A stretch of 64,000 nt of DNA from Opitutaceae bacterium (lineage in GTDB: Bacteria > Verrucomicrobiota > Verrucomicrobiia > Opitutales > Coraliomargaritaceae): NCBI GenBank assembly GCA_051252375.1, contig JBPOFY010000003.1, forward strand, positions 320,001 through 384,000. The letters are read 5' to 3'. Position numbers and translations under genes: made by a program. The first letter of the stretch is position 1. Each line of letters starts with the position of its first letter. Under the pieces are notes generated by a model. That model made no database searches, was not told the origin of the DNA, and saw only the letters and a list, made by a program, of their open reading frames with translations. Positions 1 through 10,793 of the stretch are shown one piece after another.

Positions 1-1334
1 TCGAGGAATCGTCGCGAGGCATTGGTGATGACATGCCCATCGCGTTGCAGATGGTGCGCGGTATTTTCAAACATCTGGCTACCATCAGTGGCGCTTTCGA
101 ATTCAAACCACACGCCGGGGATAAAACCTTTTTCACGAAGTGATTGGCAGAAGTTGGCGAACCCAGAAGGGTAAATGTTTTTTGAAACATCCCAATCGCC
201 TAATCCCTGTTGCACACCTGCGGTGTCACGGAACCAACCGTCATCCATGACTAGGTAGCGCACTTTAGATCCACTTAATCGATCAGCAATCGCGCCGACC
301 TTTGCTTCGCTGGGGTTGCCCCAAGTGGTGCACCACTCGTTGAAGATGATCGGCAGGTCACCTTCACTGCTAGGTAGATCTGTTAGCTGCAGTTCCTGGT
401 AGCGCAACATGCGTGCGGTCAGTGTATCAATATCTCCGATACAGCAGGAAAGGATCGCCGGTCTTGTCGTGAAGCTTTCGCCGACAGCAAGCTGCTTCAT
501 CCAGTGCCCAAAATCACGATCAGCCAAGCCGCCACTGATAGAGAGTTGGTCGCTTTTTCGATAAACTTCGATTTGCCATGATCCGGGCTCAGTGAGCTGG
601 GCTCCCCAGAGCACATTATGCTCACGATCCTCAAAGGCGATGAAAGGGAAGTAGCCTCTTACTGGCAACGAACCTACTTGACCAAAACGACAGATGCGCG
701 GCACACAGTTGTTCCATGGCCGTTCTAAGTTCAACTCTTCAATCGGGCGCACTTCGTGGCGTCCCTCTGCGCTCCAGGTGCTCCGAAAACGGTGGATTCG
801 ATACTTCTCGATACCGTCATCCGGCTGGAAGGGCGAAAGACCCTCGAGGCTGAAGCTAGCCAGCATCTCGAGGTTAAGCGTTTGCGTGGAGCGATTCTCG
901 ACCTCGGTCCAAATTTCGATAAAGGGTTCGTCCTGGATCAATCGTAGCGAGTGAAACACATGCAAGCCACGTTCATCCGCCAGTTCGGTGCGGATGGTTT
1001 GCTGGTTGCCGTTCGTTTCGACCTGCTGGTCGAGATACTTCAGGTTGTGAGTAGTCGCTGAATCCAACAGTGTGGCGCCGCCGGTCATGTTGCCGGTGTT
1101 CACGTCGCCGACGACTTTTAGCTGGGCAAGCGAGATTCGTTTCACCGCAGCGTTTCCGCCGCCAAATACTTCAGTCAATGGGCGCATGACCGATTCTTCA
1201 TCGATGGTGGACCTGTGTTGAGCTCGTTGGCTGATCAGTTCCGCGGGAATTAGCTCCAGTGCAAGCAAGCCATTGTCCTCTTGAACGTATGAAATTTCGA
1301 TGTCGCCGTGTTGGAAGCTAGATAGAACTTTCAT
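1..1334 (-). CDS. GH36-like alpha-galactosidase (melibiase family), 3' end runs off the window
   Basis: Not in the ORF track because it is truncated. Manual translation from the ATG at 1334 gives MKVLSSFQHG...PIIFNEWCTTWGNP...YLVMDDGWF...LGDW...YPSG...KGFIPGVWFEFE, the GH36 motif set. No signal peptide. Confidence 0.85.
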   Translation of the reverse strand, partial: MKVLSSFQHGDIEISYVQEDNGLLALELIPAELISQRAQHRSTIDEESVMRPLTEVFGGGNAAVKRISLAQLKVVGDVNTGNMTGGATLLDSATTHNLKYLDQQVETNGNQQTIRTELADERGLHVFHSLRLIQDEPFIEIWTEVENRSTQTLNLEMLASFSLEGLSPFQPDDGIEKYRIHRFRSTWSAEGRHEVRPIEELNLERPWNNCVPRICRFGQVGSLPVRGYFPFIAFEDREHNVLWGAQLTEPGSWQIEVYRKSDQLSISGGLADRDFGHWMKQLAVGESFTTRPAILSCCIGDIDTLTARMLRYQELQLTDLPSSEGDLPIIFNEWCTTWGNPSEAKVGAIADRLSGSKVRYLVMDDGWFRDTAGVQQGLGDWDVSKNIYPSGFANFCQSLREKGFIPGVWFEFESATDGSQMFENTAHHLQRDGHVITNASRRFL

Positions 1335-1428
1335 AAGAGTGGACTACGCCAAATTTCACTTAGTTGATTTGTAAATAGCAGACTAAGGTTTTTGGATCGG
1401 GGTGAGTGCCACTATTGCTAAAAATGCC

Positions 1429-2697
1429 TTACGAGTCTTGTCCGAGGATTTGCATTCTCTTAATTTGTAAGTCTTGAAAGCTCTTGCAGAGTTCCAATTG
1501 CTTCAGCTCTAATTCCAGCAATGTGATGCGTGCATCCAAATAGTCGCGGTTGGCATGATTGCCTTGTGTTTTCATCTTATCGATGGCTGAGGAGAGTTCA
1601 GCTTGCATCGAATCGATGAGTTTGCCTTGGGTTTGCCATTGGCGTTGAAGTGCCTTGAATTCTTCGATGAGTGAACGAACTTCCAATTCAATCATTTGCC
1701 GACCGAATACTTCTTGTTTGCGGTGCGACCGTTCCATGTTGCTGGCGATTTCTTTTTGACCGCCGTCTGAAGCGAAGAAGGGGAGGTCAAATGCAATTTC
1801 GATACCAGCAGTATCTTGCTCTCCGTAGTCATTTTCGGCGGAGTAACTGAATTGCACAAATTTGATCCATGGTTGTTGGTTCGCCTTAATTACCGACAAG
1901 TCGGCTTGGGCTTTTTCGACAAGCACTGAGTAGCGTTCAGCGTCAGGGCGTGCTGAAAGTGCATTGTTTTTCCATGTTGTATATGGCAAGTCGAACGAGC
2001 TGTCACTGAGCTGCAGTATTTCTGATAGCCTAATTGCGGAGGGATCCACATTGCACAGCATGCCGAGTTGCCCGATGAGGTTGTTGTAGTTGCGCTGCAG
2101 AGTTTCAGATTCGACCCTCAGATTGAGGAGTTTCATTTTGGCTGCCAAGCTACCGGCAAGTGTGATCTGACTGACTTCCAGCAGCTTTTCCATGCCATCG
2201 ACCTGCTCCTGGTAGATGCTTTCAAGTTGGTTTCGGAGTTTTAACTCCGAGTGTGTGTATCCAGCTTCCCAGTAGAGTTCAGTTATACCGCGTGTGATCT
2301 CTAGCTCGACCTCTTTGCTATATAGTTCTTGCAAGCGACTGTCAGCCTGAAGCTGACGGCGTTGCGCCTTATGCTCCCATGGGTTCTTCGGGAAGAAACG
2401 TAAGGAGGTGTCGTAATCGTGGTTGGGATGGTTTGCTGATTTAAAGCCGTCAGATACGGCTGCATCGCGACCGTAACCCAGTCTGATTTCCGGGGCATCC
2501 CACCATGGTAAACTTTTTTCGCTAATGCGGCTCGCATCCAAAGCACTTTGAGCAAACTCGAGGGTCGCACTTTGCTGCATCGCCGACTCGATGAGATGGT
2601 CAAGGTTCTGTTGTGATACAGATTCAGCACTGGTAGTGGATACCGCGCAGGATAAGAGCAAGGAAATGACCGGAAAGAGTAGTGTGCTCGGGCGCAT
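1429..2697 (-). CDS. TolC-family outer-membrane efflux protein
   Basis: 422 aa with a signal peptide (possible LLSC lipobox). Helical segments alternate with short beta-strand pairs in two repeats (PEIRLGYG..SLRFF; ARPD..PWIKFVQFSY..GIEIAFDLPFF). Lies next to a HlyD gene. Confidence 0.8.
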   Translation of the reverse strand: MRPSTLLFPVISLLLSCAVSTTSAESVSQQNLDHLIESAMQQSATLEFAQSALDASRISEKSLPWWDAPEIRLGYGRDAAVSDGFKSANHPNHDYDTSLRFFPKNPWEHKAQRRQLQADSRLQELYSKEVELEITRGITELYWEAGYTHSELKLRNQLESIYQEQVDGMEKLLEVSQITLAGSLAAKMKLLNLRVESETLQRNYNNLIGQLGMLCNVDPSAIRLSEILQLSDSSFDLPYTTWKNNALSARPDAERYSVLVEKAQADLSVIKANQQPWIKFVQFSYSAENDYGEQDTAGIEIAFDLPFFASDGGQKEIASNMERSHRKQEVFGRQMIELEVRSLIEEFKALQRQWQTQGKLIDSMQAELSSAIDKMKTQGNHANRDYLDARITLLELELKQLELCKSFQDLQIKRMQILGQDS

Positions 2698-2701
2698 AAA
2701 C

Positions 2702-3829
2702 TTAATTATCTAGTGATTCTTTAGGGAACAGGCTGGCCTCGATTTGGATAGAGATACTCTCACCCGGGACGAGCGTGACTTCTTCGTCTAACACGAAGAT
2801 TACCCGACGGCCACGCACGACTTGTCCTCGTATCGGACTAACACGCTCAGGTAGGGAATAAATTGCAGGGCTAATTTGTAGCACATGTCCAGGAATCACA
2901 CCGGTATCCTTCAATGAGACACTGGGATAAAAATTAGCCGGAGTGCCGACTTCGATAGTACTTAAGTTATTCTCTGGTAGGAATCCGACGATACGTGCCG
3001 GACCATCGATGAGAATCGACGCGATGCTGCCACCTGACTCGATGACATCGCCAGCTCGGCAGTCGACGCTAACAACGACGCCATCTTGTTGCGCGCGTAG
3101 TGTGTATGCCTCACGGCGAATTGTGAGCAGATTTAAGGTTTCATCGTTCCCTGAATTGTCTGGAGTCGACTGCTTCATTGCCTCCAATCGCTGCATAGCT
3201 GAGGCCTTTTGAGATTTACTCTGCTCAACATCCTGTTGCAGCGCTTTGATGTTGGTGGGCATCAGTTTTAGCATCTCGCCCAGCACTTCTTCGCGGGCTT
3301 TTTTGGCCACGAATAATTCGGCTTCGATCAACCGCTGTTCATAGAGTGGTTGCAGTCGGTTGATCTCTTTGGCCAATGCCTCATGTTCTACTTGGCTTAT
3401 TTTATACTCCAATTCCGCCTCACGTAGTGCTTGTTCAGCTTCTTGTAGTGCTGACGAGAATTGTCGTTCAAGGGTGAGCTGTTCCAATTGAGACTCCAAA
3501 TGTGACTGCTCTATTTGTTCTCTCAATACTGCCGCCTCTGCGTCTACCATGGCGGTGTTGAGGTGTGCAATGACGTCACCTGCTTTTACGTAGTCGCCCA
3601 ATGCCACTTCGATACTGGCGATTCGAGCGGTATCAAGTGGCGCGATCGTTTCGACGATACGTTCCGCCGTGCCTGTCAGTACACGATATTTGCCGCCATT
3701 TGAATAGAGCGTAATAGCCATGGCAGTGACAGCAACAAATACAAGGAGTGGCCACCAGTTACGAAGGCCTTTCCACCAAGGGCGTTTGTAATCTGTGACG
3801 TGGAAGTTTGTTTTTTCAGTATTCGACAT
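2702..3829 (-). CDS. HlyD/MFP periplasmic adaptor protein
   Basis: N-terminal TM helix, then split lipoyl motifs (IEVALGDYVKAGDVIA; LRAQQDGVV..AGDVIESG) flanking a long coiled coil, and a C-terminal beta-barrel (LVPGES). Confidence 0.9.
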   Translation of the reverse strand: MSNTEKTNFHVTDYKRPWWKGLRNWWPLLVFVAVTAMAITLYSNGGKYRVLTGTAERIVETIAPLDTARIASIEVALGDYVKAGDVIAHLNTAMVDAEAAVLREQIEQSHLESQLEQLTLERQFSSALQEAEQALREAELEYKISQVEHEALAKEINRLQPLYEQRLIEAELFVAKKAREEVLGEMLKLMPTNIKALQQDVEQSKSQKASAMQRLEAMKQSTPDNSGNDETLNLLTIRREAYTLRAQQDGVVVSVDCRAGDVIESGGSIASILIDGPARIVGFLPENNLSTIEVGTPANFYPSVSLKDTGVIPGHVLQISPAIYSLPERVSPIRGQVVRGRRVIFVLDEEVTLVPGESISIQIEASLFPKESLDN

Positions 3830-3833
3830 CTTA

Positions 3834-4517
3834 TTAAATCTCCACAGTAGAGCGTTGCATCAACAGGCTAGGTTCAATCACATCAGGCAGGTCTTGTATG
3901 GCCGACATTAGCTGATGCTGTGAGTCGTTATTTAGCATGCGTGTTTGATATGAGTATTCCAAAAGGTCGCCTTGTGCGGCTTCACGCACAGCTACCAGTG
4001 TCGCCGAGCTTAAGTGAGTTTCAAAGATGCTTTGCAATTGAGCGTGTGATTTTGAATCGGGTGGTAGTAGCAATCGTAGCAAGCCTTCGAACTCACTCTT
4101 CGCGCTAAAGGGCGCCCAATGCAGGTAGAGCGCGACTGCGCTAAAGAATAAAGCGCCGGCGGATGCGACTGCAAAGACTCTGGCGCCACAACCAATGCCG
4201 ACCGCAAGACAGCAAAAAAGGAAGACCATGTCGCGCGGGTCGCGCACTGGTGTGCGGAAACGGATGATTGCTAATGCTCCGAGAATACCCAGACCACGTG
4301 CGAGGTTATTACCAATCACCATGATCATCATACATGAAGTGATCGAAGCCAGTATCATGGCTTGCACGAACACGCGTGAATAAGAGAGCCCATGGTGCGT
4401 TATCCGATAGACGGTTGTCAGTATCGAGCTGAGTATGAATACAGCTGAGAACGCGACCAGCACTTCTGCGAAATTCAGAAGGCGGTTGGGACCAAGTAAT
4501 GTTTGTAGATCTTCCAT
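3834..4517 (-). CDS. DUF4956 family membrane protein (MgtC-like TM region plus C-terminal soluble domain)
   Basis: Signature VIGNNLARGLGILGALAIIRFRTPVRDPRD and 4-5 TM helices. Directly downstream of a VTC gene, its usual partner. Confidence 0.9.
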   Translation of the reverse strand: MEDLQTLLGPNRLLNFAEVLVAFSAVFILSSILTTVYRITHHGLSYSRVFVQAMILASITSCMMIMVIGNNLARGLGILGALAIIRFRTPVRDPRDMVFLFCCLAVGIGCGARVFAVASAGALFFSAVALYLHWAPFSAKSEFEGLLRLLLPPDSKSHAQLQSIFETHLSSATLVAVREAAQGDLLEYSYQTRMLNNDSQHQLMSAIQDLPDVIEPSLLMQRSTVEI

Positions 4518-4549
4518 TTGTGATTGTTGAGTGTAATTAAAAAAGTTGA

Positions 4550-5434
4550 TTACCAGCGTGAGTCAGGCACGCAGTTCTCACTGGTGTCGGAATATTGATA
4601 GCCATAACTAAGCGATTCCAAGCGTAAAGCGGCTGAATATTTACAGAAGCCGACGCGCACCAAATTAAAGCTGCGGACAATGTCCAACATCCAGCGCGGT
4701 ATCCCCATCTTGCTCTTTAGTTCTAGAATAAAGGCAGGGTAGTCTGTCCTTAACCCTGTTTGCGTGTCGATGTGCCTCCATTTGCGATCATTGACGACGC
4801 TGAAGTCGTAGCCATTCATCATTTGGTAAGAGACTTTAGTATCAAAAGTGACACGCGCATAATCTTCAACACGTCCCATGTAAGATTCCCGCTCATACTG
4901 GACCATTAAGATCGGCTTGGCTCCCATTTCCTGACTGATCCGGACGAAGTCGAGATAGTTCATTTGCTCTTTTTCATTGGAAAATGGCACATGGCGACCG
5001 GGGTCTGTAAATAAGTCGGCTCCGTAATATTGCGACTTCACGACTGATCGGCTTTTGACGATCAATTCCCCCATCTTGCGTTTTAGTTCAATGAAGTAGG
5101 GTGCTTTGCCGTCGGTGCCATAGCTACGAATACGTAACTTAAAGCGGGTTAATTGCTCCACTTCCTTTGCGTAGTGTAGACTGAGGCTTGGGTTATCCAG
5201 TTGGATGGTGCGCACCAGATACTTGGGTAATTCGCCGACTCCGTTCTTGTCTGGAAAGACGTAGGGTTGGATGTGCCTGCGGATTTCCGGCATCAAGTGA
5301 CAGGGCACGATATACTTTGCCTCATGGCGCTCGATACGCATATCCGCTCCGCGTTTAAAACCCTGGATGGGGGCTTTCGCGGATGATGGAGCAATAACGC
5401 TGTTAGGGTTGGTGGATTTATCGGGGGCAATCAT
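4550..5434 (-). CDS. VTC (polyphosphate polymerase, TTM/CYTH-like) domain protein; alternative start at 5344
   Basis: Motifs RHEAKY, RFKLRIRSY, FIELKRK, KSR, YERESY, RVTFD, ILELK and FCKY are typical of the VTC tunnel domain. Confidence 0.9.
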   Translation of the reverse strand: MIAPDKSTNPNSVIAPSSAKAPIQGFKRGADMRIERHEAKYIVPCHLMPEIRRHIQPYVFPDKNGVGELPKYLVRTIQLDNPSLSLHYAKEVEQLTRFKLRIRSYGTDGKAPYFIELKRKMGELIVKSRSVVKSQYYGADLFTDPGRHVPFSNEKEQMNYLDFVRISQEMGAKPILMVQYERESYMGRVEDYARVTFDTKVSYQMMNGYDFSVVNDRKWRHIDTQTGLRTDYPAFILELKSKMGIPRWMLDIVRSFNLVRVGFCKYSAALRLESLSYGYQYSDTSENCVPDSRW

Positions 5435-5712
5435 GGGGAGTGATTGTGAAATTATTCTAATTCAACGGTGATGTAGTAGTAGCTGCAGTCAATATTCGAA
5501 TCGGCGGTATCGGTATAGCTACTCTTTGGGATATAAAAAGGTGAAGTGAAGGCTTGCTTGCCGAATTTAGGGCGGGGCACGCAAGCTACATGGATCGTTC
5601 GAATTTCCACAAAGTTGCAAATATGTGAAATATTATAGGAGATCTCCAACTATTGTGAATTCAGACGTTTGTAATAATTGAATGTAATTCAAAAGAGAGA
5701 GAGTCTGACTCG

Positions 5713-8094
5713 TTATTGCCCATCCCATTGAAAACGGCTGCCCGCTTCCAATTTCTTTTCAAGGGTGTTGTCGCCATAGCGAAGTTTCAGCTCGTTGCCG
5801 TTGAGTGAATGGACGGTCGCTTCGGTTAGCTTGCCGTCCTGCCATGCGAGATCGACTTCGAAGCCACCTCGGGCGCGTAGGCCTGTGACGGAACCATCGG
5901 GCCAAGCTGCGGGCAAGGCGGGTAGGAGGTGAATCTCGCCATTGTGGCTTTGCAGTAGCATCTCAGCGATGCCGGCAGTGGTGCCGAAGTTGGCATCAAT
6001 CTGAAAACGGGTGCTGTTAAAAAGGTTATCGTTTAGGCGGTGTGTGATATAATTGTTGATCATGTTATGCGCACGGTCGCCGTCGCCCGCACGAGCCCAG
6101 AGGGAAATTCTCCATGCGCCCGGCCAGCCGTTGGAGTCGCCACGTTGTATCAACGAAACTTTAGCGGCCTCAAATAGCTTCGGCGTCTCGGTAGGGTTGA
6201 TCTGTGCGCTCGGAAAGAGCCCGTAAAGGTGCGAGACGTGGCTGTGTGGGTTGTCGGGATTATCCCAGTCCTGGAGCCATTCTTGGAGTTGCCCATGGCG
6301 ACCGATGATCATTGGCTGCAAACGCTCACGTGTATCTGAAACTTGGGTACGGAAGTCTTCGTCCAGTTCTAAAATTTCTGAAGCTTCGATACAGTTGGCA
6401 AAGAGGTCGCGCAGGATTTGTTGATCCATTGTGGGGCCTTGGCAGAGAGCAATGGCACTTCGTCCTGTGCTTAGGCCGTCCTTGGAGGCGCCCCCATGGC
6501 TATGCTCGGGCGAGATCGATGGTGAGGTCATTAAGTAACCATTCTCATTCTCAACCAGCACGCCCTCGCTGAGGAAGAAAGTCGCTGCGCCCTTCATGAT
6601 TGGGTAGGCTTTCTTTAGAAAGTCCACGTCGCCAGTGTAGAGATAGTGCTCCCAAAGATGCTGGCACAGCCATGCGCCACCTGTTGGCCACATACCCCAT
6701 TGTGCGCCATCGACCGGAGCCGTGCCGCGCCAGATGTCGGTGTTGTGATGTGTCATCCAACCATCGGCACGGTAGTGTGTCTTAGCGGTTTCGCTGCCTG
6801 GAGCCTGCAACTCATCGACCATCCGAAGCAATGGTTCGTGTAGCTCGCTGAGGTTGCACACTTCGGCCACCCAGTAGTTCATCTGAATGTTGATATTGAT
6901 GGTATATTTACTGCACCAGGGTGGATTGACTGTGCCGTTCCAGATGCCTTGCAAATTGAGCGGTTGGGTGCCAGGGCGTGAGCCCGCAATCATCAAGTAG
7001 CGGCCGTATTGAAATAGCTGCTCGGTCAGCAGTGAATCCACGACGCCCTCATCGACAACGCGCCTGAGTCGCTTGTCGGTGGGCAAGTTTGCATCGGCTT
7101 CGTTGTCACCTAAATCGATGGACACGCGCTCAAACAATTTCGAATAGTCTTCGACGTGGCGCTGATACAACTCGTCGAAGGATTTTCCTTCGACGGTTGC
7201 CAGTTGCGCATTCACAAGTTGAACGGGATCTCCGCTGACATCCTGATAATTCACAAAACTGGTGTTCGCTACATAAACGAGTGTTGCGGCTTTGGCGTCG
7301 CGCACAGAGATCTTATCGCCTTGTTCAATGAGAGTGCCGCCCTCGATGACGACTTTGACCTGTGCTGCAAAACGGGTGCCTTCGCCTTCCCATGGTCCAA
7401 TCAATCCACGTTCTACACGTGGGCCGACTTGGCCGGTCATCAGGAGCTTGCCGTCGCCAATGGCCTCCGACTTGGAGGCGTGTGGACTGGTTAGCAGAAG
7501 GTCAAAGGAGAGCTGCTTTTCGCGTGAACTTTCCAAGCGCATAACAATGGCTTGGTCGGGGTGAGATGCGAAGGTTTTACGGGTGTAGTTGACGGAACCA
7601 AAGGCGGTGCCGATGTCGTAGGATACGGTAGTCACTGCCGTTTCCATATCCAGCTCGCGACGGTAGTTTCCTGTTGTCTCACCTTGCGGAAACATCAGGA
7701 GCAAATCGCCCAGCGGTTGGTAGGCCATCTGTTTGACGGGCGTGCCCATCATTTTCTGCGCCTCCTTTTCGGCTTCTACATATTTGCCGTCCTTGAGTAG
7801 CTGCCTAACATTGGCAAGATGGGAGTAGGCTTCCGGATTGTCGTAGCTGTGTGGCCCGCCACTCCAGAGGGTATCCTCGTTTAATTGCAACTGCTCTAGC
7901 TGAACACCGCCATAGACCATGGCGCCAAGGCGACCGTTGCCGATCGGCAATGCATCCGTCCACTCGGCAGCCGGTTGCTCATACCAGAGTTTCATGGCAT
8001 CGGGCGACTCCGCGTGTGAACTGTGACTGACGAGCAGTGCGAGGCTTAGCCCCAATCCTGTCCGTAGTAAGCATTGGGGTAAATTCCATCTCAT
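5713..8094 (-). CDS. GH95 alpha-L-fucosidase / alpha-L-galactosidase, secreted
   Basis: [58 protein letters not shown]. Start moved to the ATG at 8094, which gives a signal peptide and removes the overlap with the upstream gene. Confidence 0.93.
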   Translation of the reverse strand: MRWNLPQCLLRTGLGLSLALLVSHSSHAESPDAMKLWYEQPAAEWTDALPIGNGRLGAMVYGGVQLEQLQLNEDTLWSGGPHSYDNPEAYSHLANVRQLLKDGKYVEAEKEAQKMMGTPVKQMAYQPLGDLLLMFPQGETTGNYRRELDMETAVTTVSYDIGTAFGSVNYTRKTFASHPDQAIVMRLESSREKQLSFDLLLTSPHASKSEAIGDGKLLMTGQVGPRVERGLIGPWEGEGTRFAAQVKVVIEGGTLIEQGDKISVRDAKAATLVYVANTSFVNYQDVSGDPVQLVNAQLATVEGKSFDELYQRHVEDYSKLFERVSIDLGDNEADANLPTDKRLRRVVDEGVVDSLLTEQLFQYGRYLMIAGSRPGTQPLNLQGIWNGTVNPPWCSKYTININIQMNYWVAEVCNLSELHEPLLRMVDELQAPGSETAKTHYRADGWMTHHNTDIWRGTAPVDGAQWGMWPTGGAWLCQHLWEHYLYTGDVDFLKKAYPIMKGAATFFLSEGVLVENENGYLMTSPSISPEHSHGGASKDGLSTGRSAIALCQGPTMDQQILRDLFANCIEASEILELDEDFRTQVSDTRERLQPMIIGRHGQLQEWLQDWDNPDNPHSHVSHLYGLFPSAQINPTETPKLFEAAKVSLIQRGDSNGWPGAWRISLWARAGDGDRAHNMINNYITHRLNDNLFNSTRFQIDANFGTTAGIAEMLLQSHNGEIHLLPALPAAWPDGSVTGLRARGGFEVDLAWQDGKLTEATVHSLNGNELKLRYGDNTLEKKLEAGSRFQWDGQ

Positions 8095-8108
8095 AGTGTT
8101 TGATCCGT

Positions 8109-10487
8109 TTAGCGTCCGTTCCAAGTGTAGCTGTCACCCTTGGCGAGTTTGACTTCCTTGGTTGCGTTGCCGTAGCGAAGCTTGAGTGGGTTGCCCACTA
8201 ACGAAGTGATCTTAGCTTCAGTTAGTTTGCCATCCTTCCATGCGATATCGACTTCGAAACCGCCGCGTGCGCGGAGTCCTGTGACAGAGCCAGTGGGCCA
8301 AGCCTTCGGATGTGCAGGTAGGAGTTCGACATCACCGGCGTGGCTCTGTAGGAGCATTTCAGCAATAGCGGCAGTGCCACCGAAGTTACCATCGATTTGG
8401 AACGGAGGGTGGGTGTCGAAGAGGTTGTCCAAGGTGCCTCGGGTCAGCAAGGTGCGGAGTAGTATGTGAGCGCGTTCGCCATTGTGAAAGCGTGCCCAGA
8501 AGTTGGTTTTCCAGCCCATGCTCCAACCTGTGCTCTTGTCGCCGCGGGCTTCTAACGATTTGCGGGCGGCTTCGTAGAATTCGGGTGTGTCGTTCTTGTT
8601 GATCTGGCGTCCCGGATGCAGACCGTAGAGGTGCGAAACGTGGCGGTGCTTCGGATCTTTTTCGCCGTAGTCTTCGATCCACTCCATCAGGCGGCCAGTC
8701 TTCTCACTGATTTGCATCGGTTGGAGTTGCGCCAGTGCCGTTTCAATTTGCTTGCGAAAAGCGCTATCGAAATTTCCAGTGCTATCAAGGACCGCGTTGG
8801 CTTCGAGTAGATTCGTAAAGAGATCATAGATGATTTGTAAATCCATCGTTGAGCCGTAGGTGAAATCAGACATGCTGCCATCGGCTTTGATGAATGTATT
8901 TTCTGGTGAGTAAGAGGGGTTCGTTACCAGTTTTCCTTCGCCAGCAATTCCGGATGGAGCTACTGAGATGAAGTCCAATATGAACTCTGCTGCACTCTTC
9001 ATGATCGGGTAAGCACGGTCTTTGAGGAACTCTTCGTCTCCCGTAAACCAGTAGTGCTCCATAAAGTCGCGAGACGTCCAAGCGGCACCCATCGGCCAGA
9101 CACCATGCACGCCGTCGGCAGGGGTGGTCATGCCGTAGATATCGGACAGGTGATGCACGACCCAACCGTCAGCACCGTAGTGTTTTTTCGCGGTTACTTC
9201 GCCATAGGGAACGAGGCTTTCGATATAATCGAAATAGGGCAGGTGGCACTCGGATAGGTTGGCGACCTGCGCGGGCCAGTAGTTCATCTGGAAGTTAATG
9301 TTCAGGTGGTAGTCGCTGTTCCAGGGTGCCTTATAATTTTGGTTCCATTTGCCCTGCAAGTTGGCGGGTAGGTAGCCGGGGCGTGAGCTGCCCATGAGCA
9401 GGTAGCGGCCATACTGGAAGTAGAGCGCTTCGAGGTGGGGATCTTGCTCGCCTTTTTTCATGGCAGCCAAGCGATCATCGGTCGGCATCTTGACGGCATC
9501 CGTTGAGCCGAGGTCGAGCGACACACGATTGAACAAGTTCTGGTGGTCGGCAATGTGGTCAGCGAGAATTTGATCGTAGGGTTTTTGCCAAACTGGCTTG
9601 AGCACCTCTTCGCAGCGTTTGGTGGCGTCGGCCGAATAGTCTTCCGCATCTACATAACTGGTGGCGCCAGCCAGCAAGAGAGTCACTTCGTCGGCATCGG
9701 AAATGGTGATCACACCGTTTTCTGTTTTCACGTTGCCGCCCTCGACGCGTGGTAGGAGTTGTGCCTCGTAGTTGATTCCTTTTAGCTTACCTCGCAGGAC
9801 GATACGATTGCCTCGTTCTTCGCTCATCGTCGCGTCTTGACGGTCGAAGCGTGCGGTGAAGTTGATTTGGCGGGAACGATCAGCAGTCATACGGATGACA
9901 AGCACCTGATCCGGTTCACTCACGAATACGTCGCGAGTGAAGGTCGTGTTATTGACTCGGTAGCTCGTGCGTGCGATACCCGTAGTCAGGTCGAGCTCGC
10001 GGTGGTAGGATGCCACGGAATCGGCATCGGGAAAGTCGAAGAGTAGATCAGTCAACGTTTGGTAGGACTCGATTTTATGAGGACGCCCCAACATGGTTTT
10101 TCCTGCCAAACTCTTCGCCTCTTCGTTTTTGCCTTCGAAGAGTAGTGCCTGCACTTTAGGGAGCGCTTTCAACGCTTCCGGGTTATGGCGATCGATGTAG
10201 GTGCCTTCCCAGACTGTTTCTTCGTTTATCTGTATGCGTTCTTTGTCGACGCCGCCGAAGACCATCGCCGCGAGTCGGCCGTTACCGACTGGCAGGGCGT
10301 TGTTTTCCCATTTGGCAGCGGGCTCATCATACCAGAGCACCAAAGGTTGCTCGGGAGCTGACGCCTTGTCGGTGAAGTTGAGCTCGACCGTCGGGTTAAA
10401 CGATTCAGGCATCGTATGTTTGGCGGCGAAGGCAGCAATTGACATAAGCAGTAGGGCGGTGGAACAGAGCGAGGTGGCTTTCAACAT
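8109..10487 (-). CDS. GH95 alpha-L-fucosidase, secreted
   Basis: Signal peptide; [55 protein letters not shown]. Confidence 0.95.
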   Translation of the reverse strand: MLKATSLCSTALLLMSIAAFAAKHTMPESFNPTVELNFTDKASAPEQPLVLWYDEPAAKWENNALPVGNGRLAAMVFGGVDKERIQINEETVWEGTYIDRHNPEALKALPKVQALLFEGKNEEAKSLAGKTMLGRPHKIESYQTLTDLLFDFPDADSVASYHRELDLTTGIARTSYRVNNTTFTRDVFVSEPDQVLVIRMTADRSRQINFTARFDRQDATMSEERGNRIVLRGKLKGINYEAQLLPRVEGGNVKTENGVITISDADEVTLLLAGATSYVDAEDYSADATKRCEEVLKPVWQKPYDQILADHIADHQNLFNRVSLDLGSTDAVKMPTDDRLAAMKKGEQDPHLEALYFQYGRYLLMGSSRPGYLPANLQGKWNQNYKAPWNSDYHLNINFQMNYWPAQVANLSECHLPYFDYIESLVPYGEVTAKKHYGADGWVVHHLSDIYGMTTPADGVHGVWPMGAAWTSRDFMEHYWFTGDEEFLKDRAYPIMKSAAEFILDFISVAPSGIAGEGKLVTNPSYSPENTFIKADGSMSDFTYGSTMDLQIIYDLFTNLLEANAVLDSTGNFDSAFRKQIETALAQLQPMQISEKTGRLMEWIEDYGEKDPKHRHVSHLYGLHPGRQINKNDTPEFYEAARKSLEARGDKSTGWSMGWKTNFWARFHNGERAHILLRTLLTRGTLDNLFDTHPPFQIDGNFGGTAAIAEMLLQSHAGDVELLPAHPKAWPTGSVTGLRARGGFEVDIAWKDGKLTEAKITSLVGNPLKLRYGNATKEVKLAKGDSYTWNGR

Positions 10488-10793
10488 GTGGTTTGTATGT
10501 TTGATGGTGGGGGGGATAGCATTTTTAGCACTTATGCTAAGTTAGATAATTGAGAAGATACTCAGATAGAGGGGGCAATCAAGCGGCACTTAGGCTAACC
10601 TGTTACTTTGAGCTATATTTTCCGAGTTTTGTGTGCTATTTAATGACCTGAATAGAGACATTTTTCGATGTAGCCGCCTCACTCTGTTGAGGCGTTCGTC
10701 AGATTTCGCTAATTAGAAGCAAACACGGCAGCAGAGTGCCGTGGCTACAATTCTCGAGTCCTATTTTATACAGAATACTCTAAGCCATTTTTC

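Noticed and set aside
694..954. Short + strand ORFs here and the many other 60-210 aa ORFs overlapping long genes
   Set aside because: They are antisense or alternate-frame shadows of well-supported CDSs, here the GH36 gene.
5452..5649. 65-aa ORF upstream of the VTC gene
   Set aside because: Non-ATG start, no recognisable motif, and it lies in an AT-rich probable promoter region.
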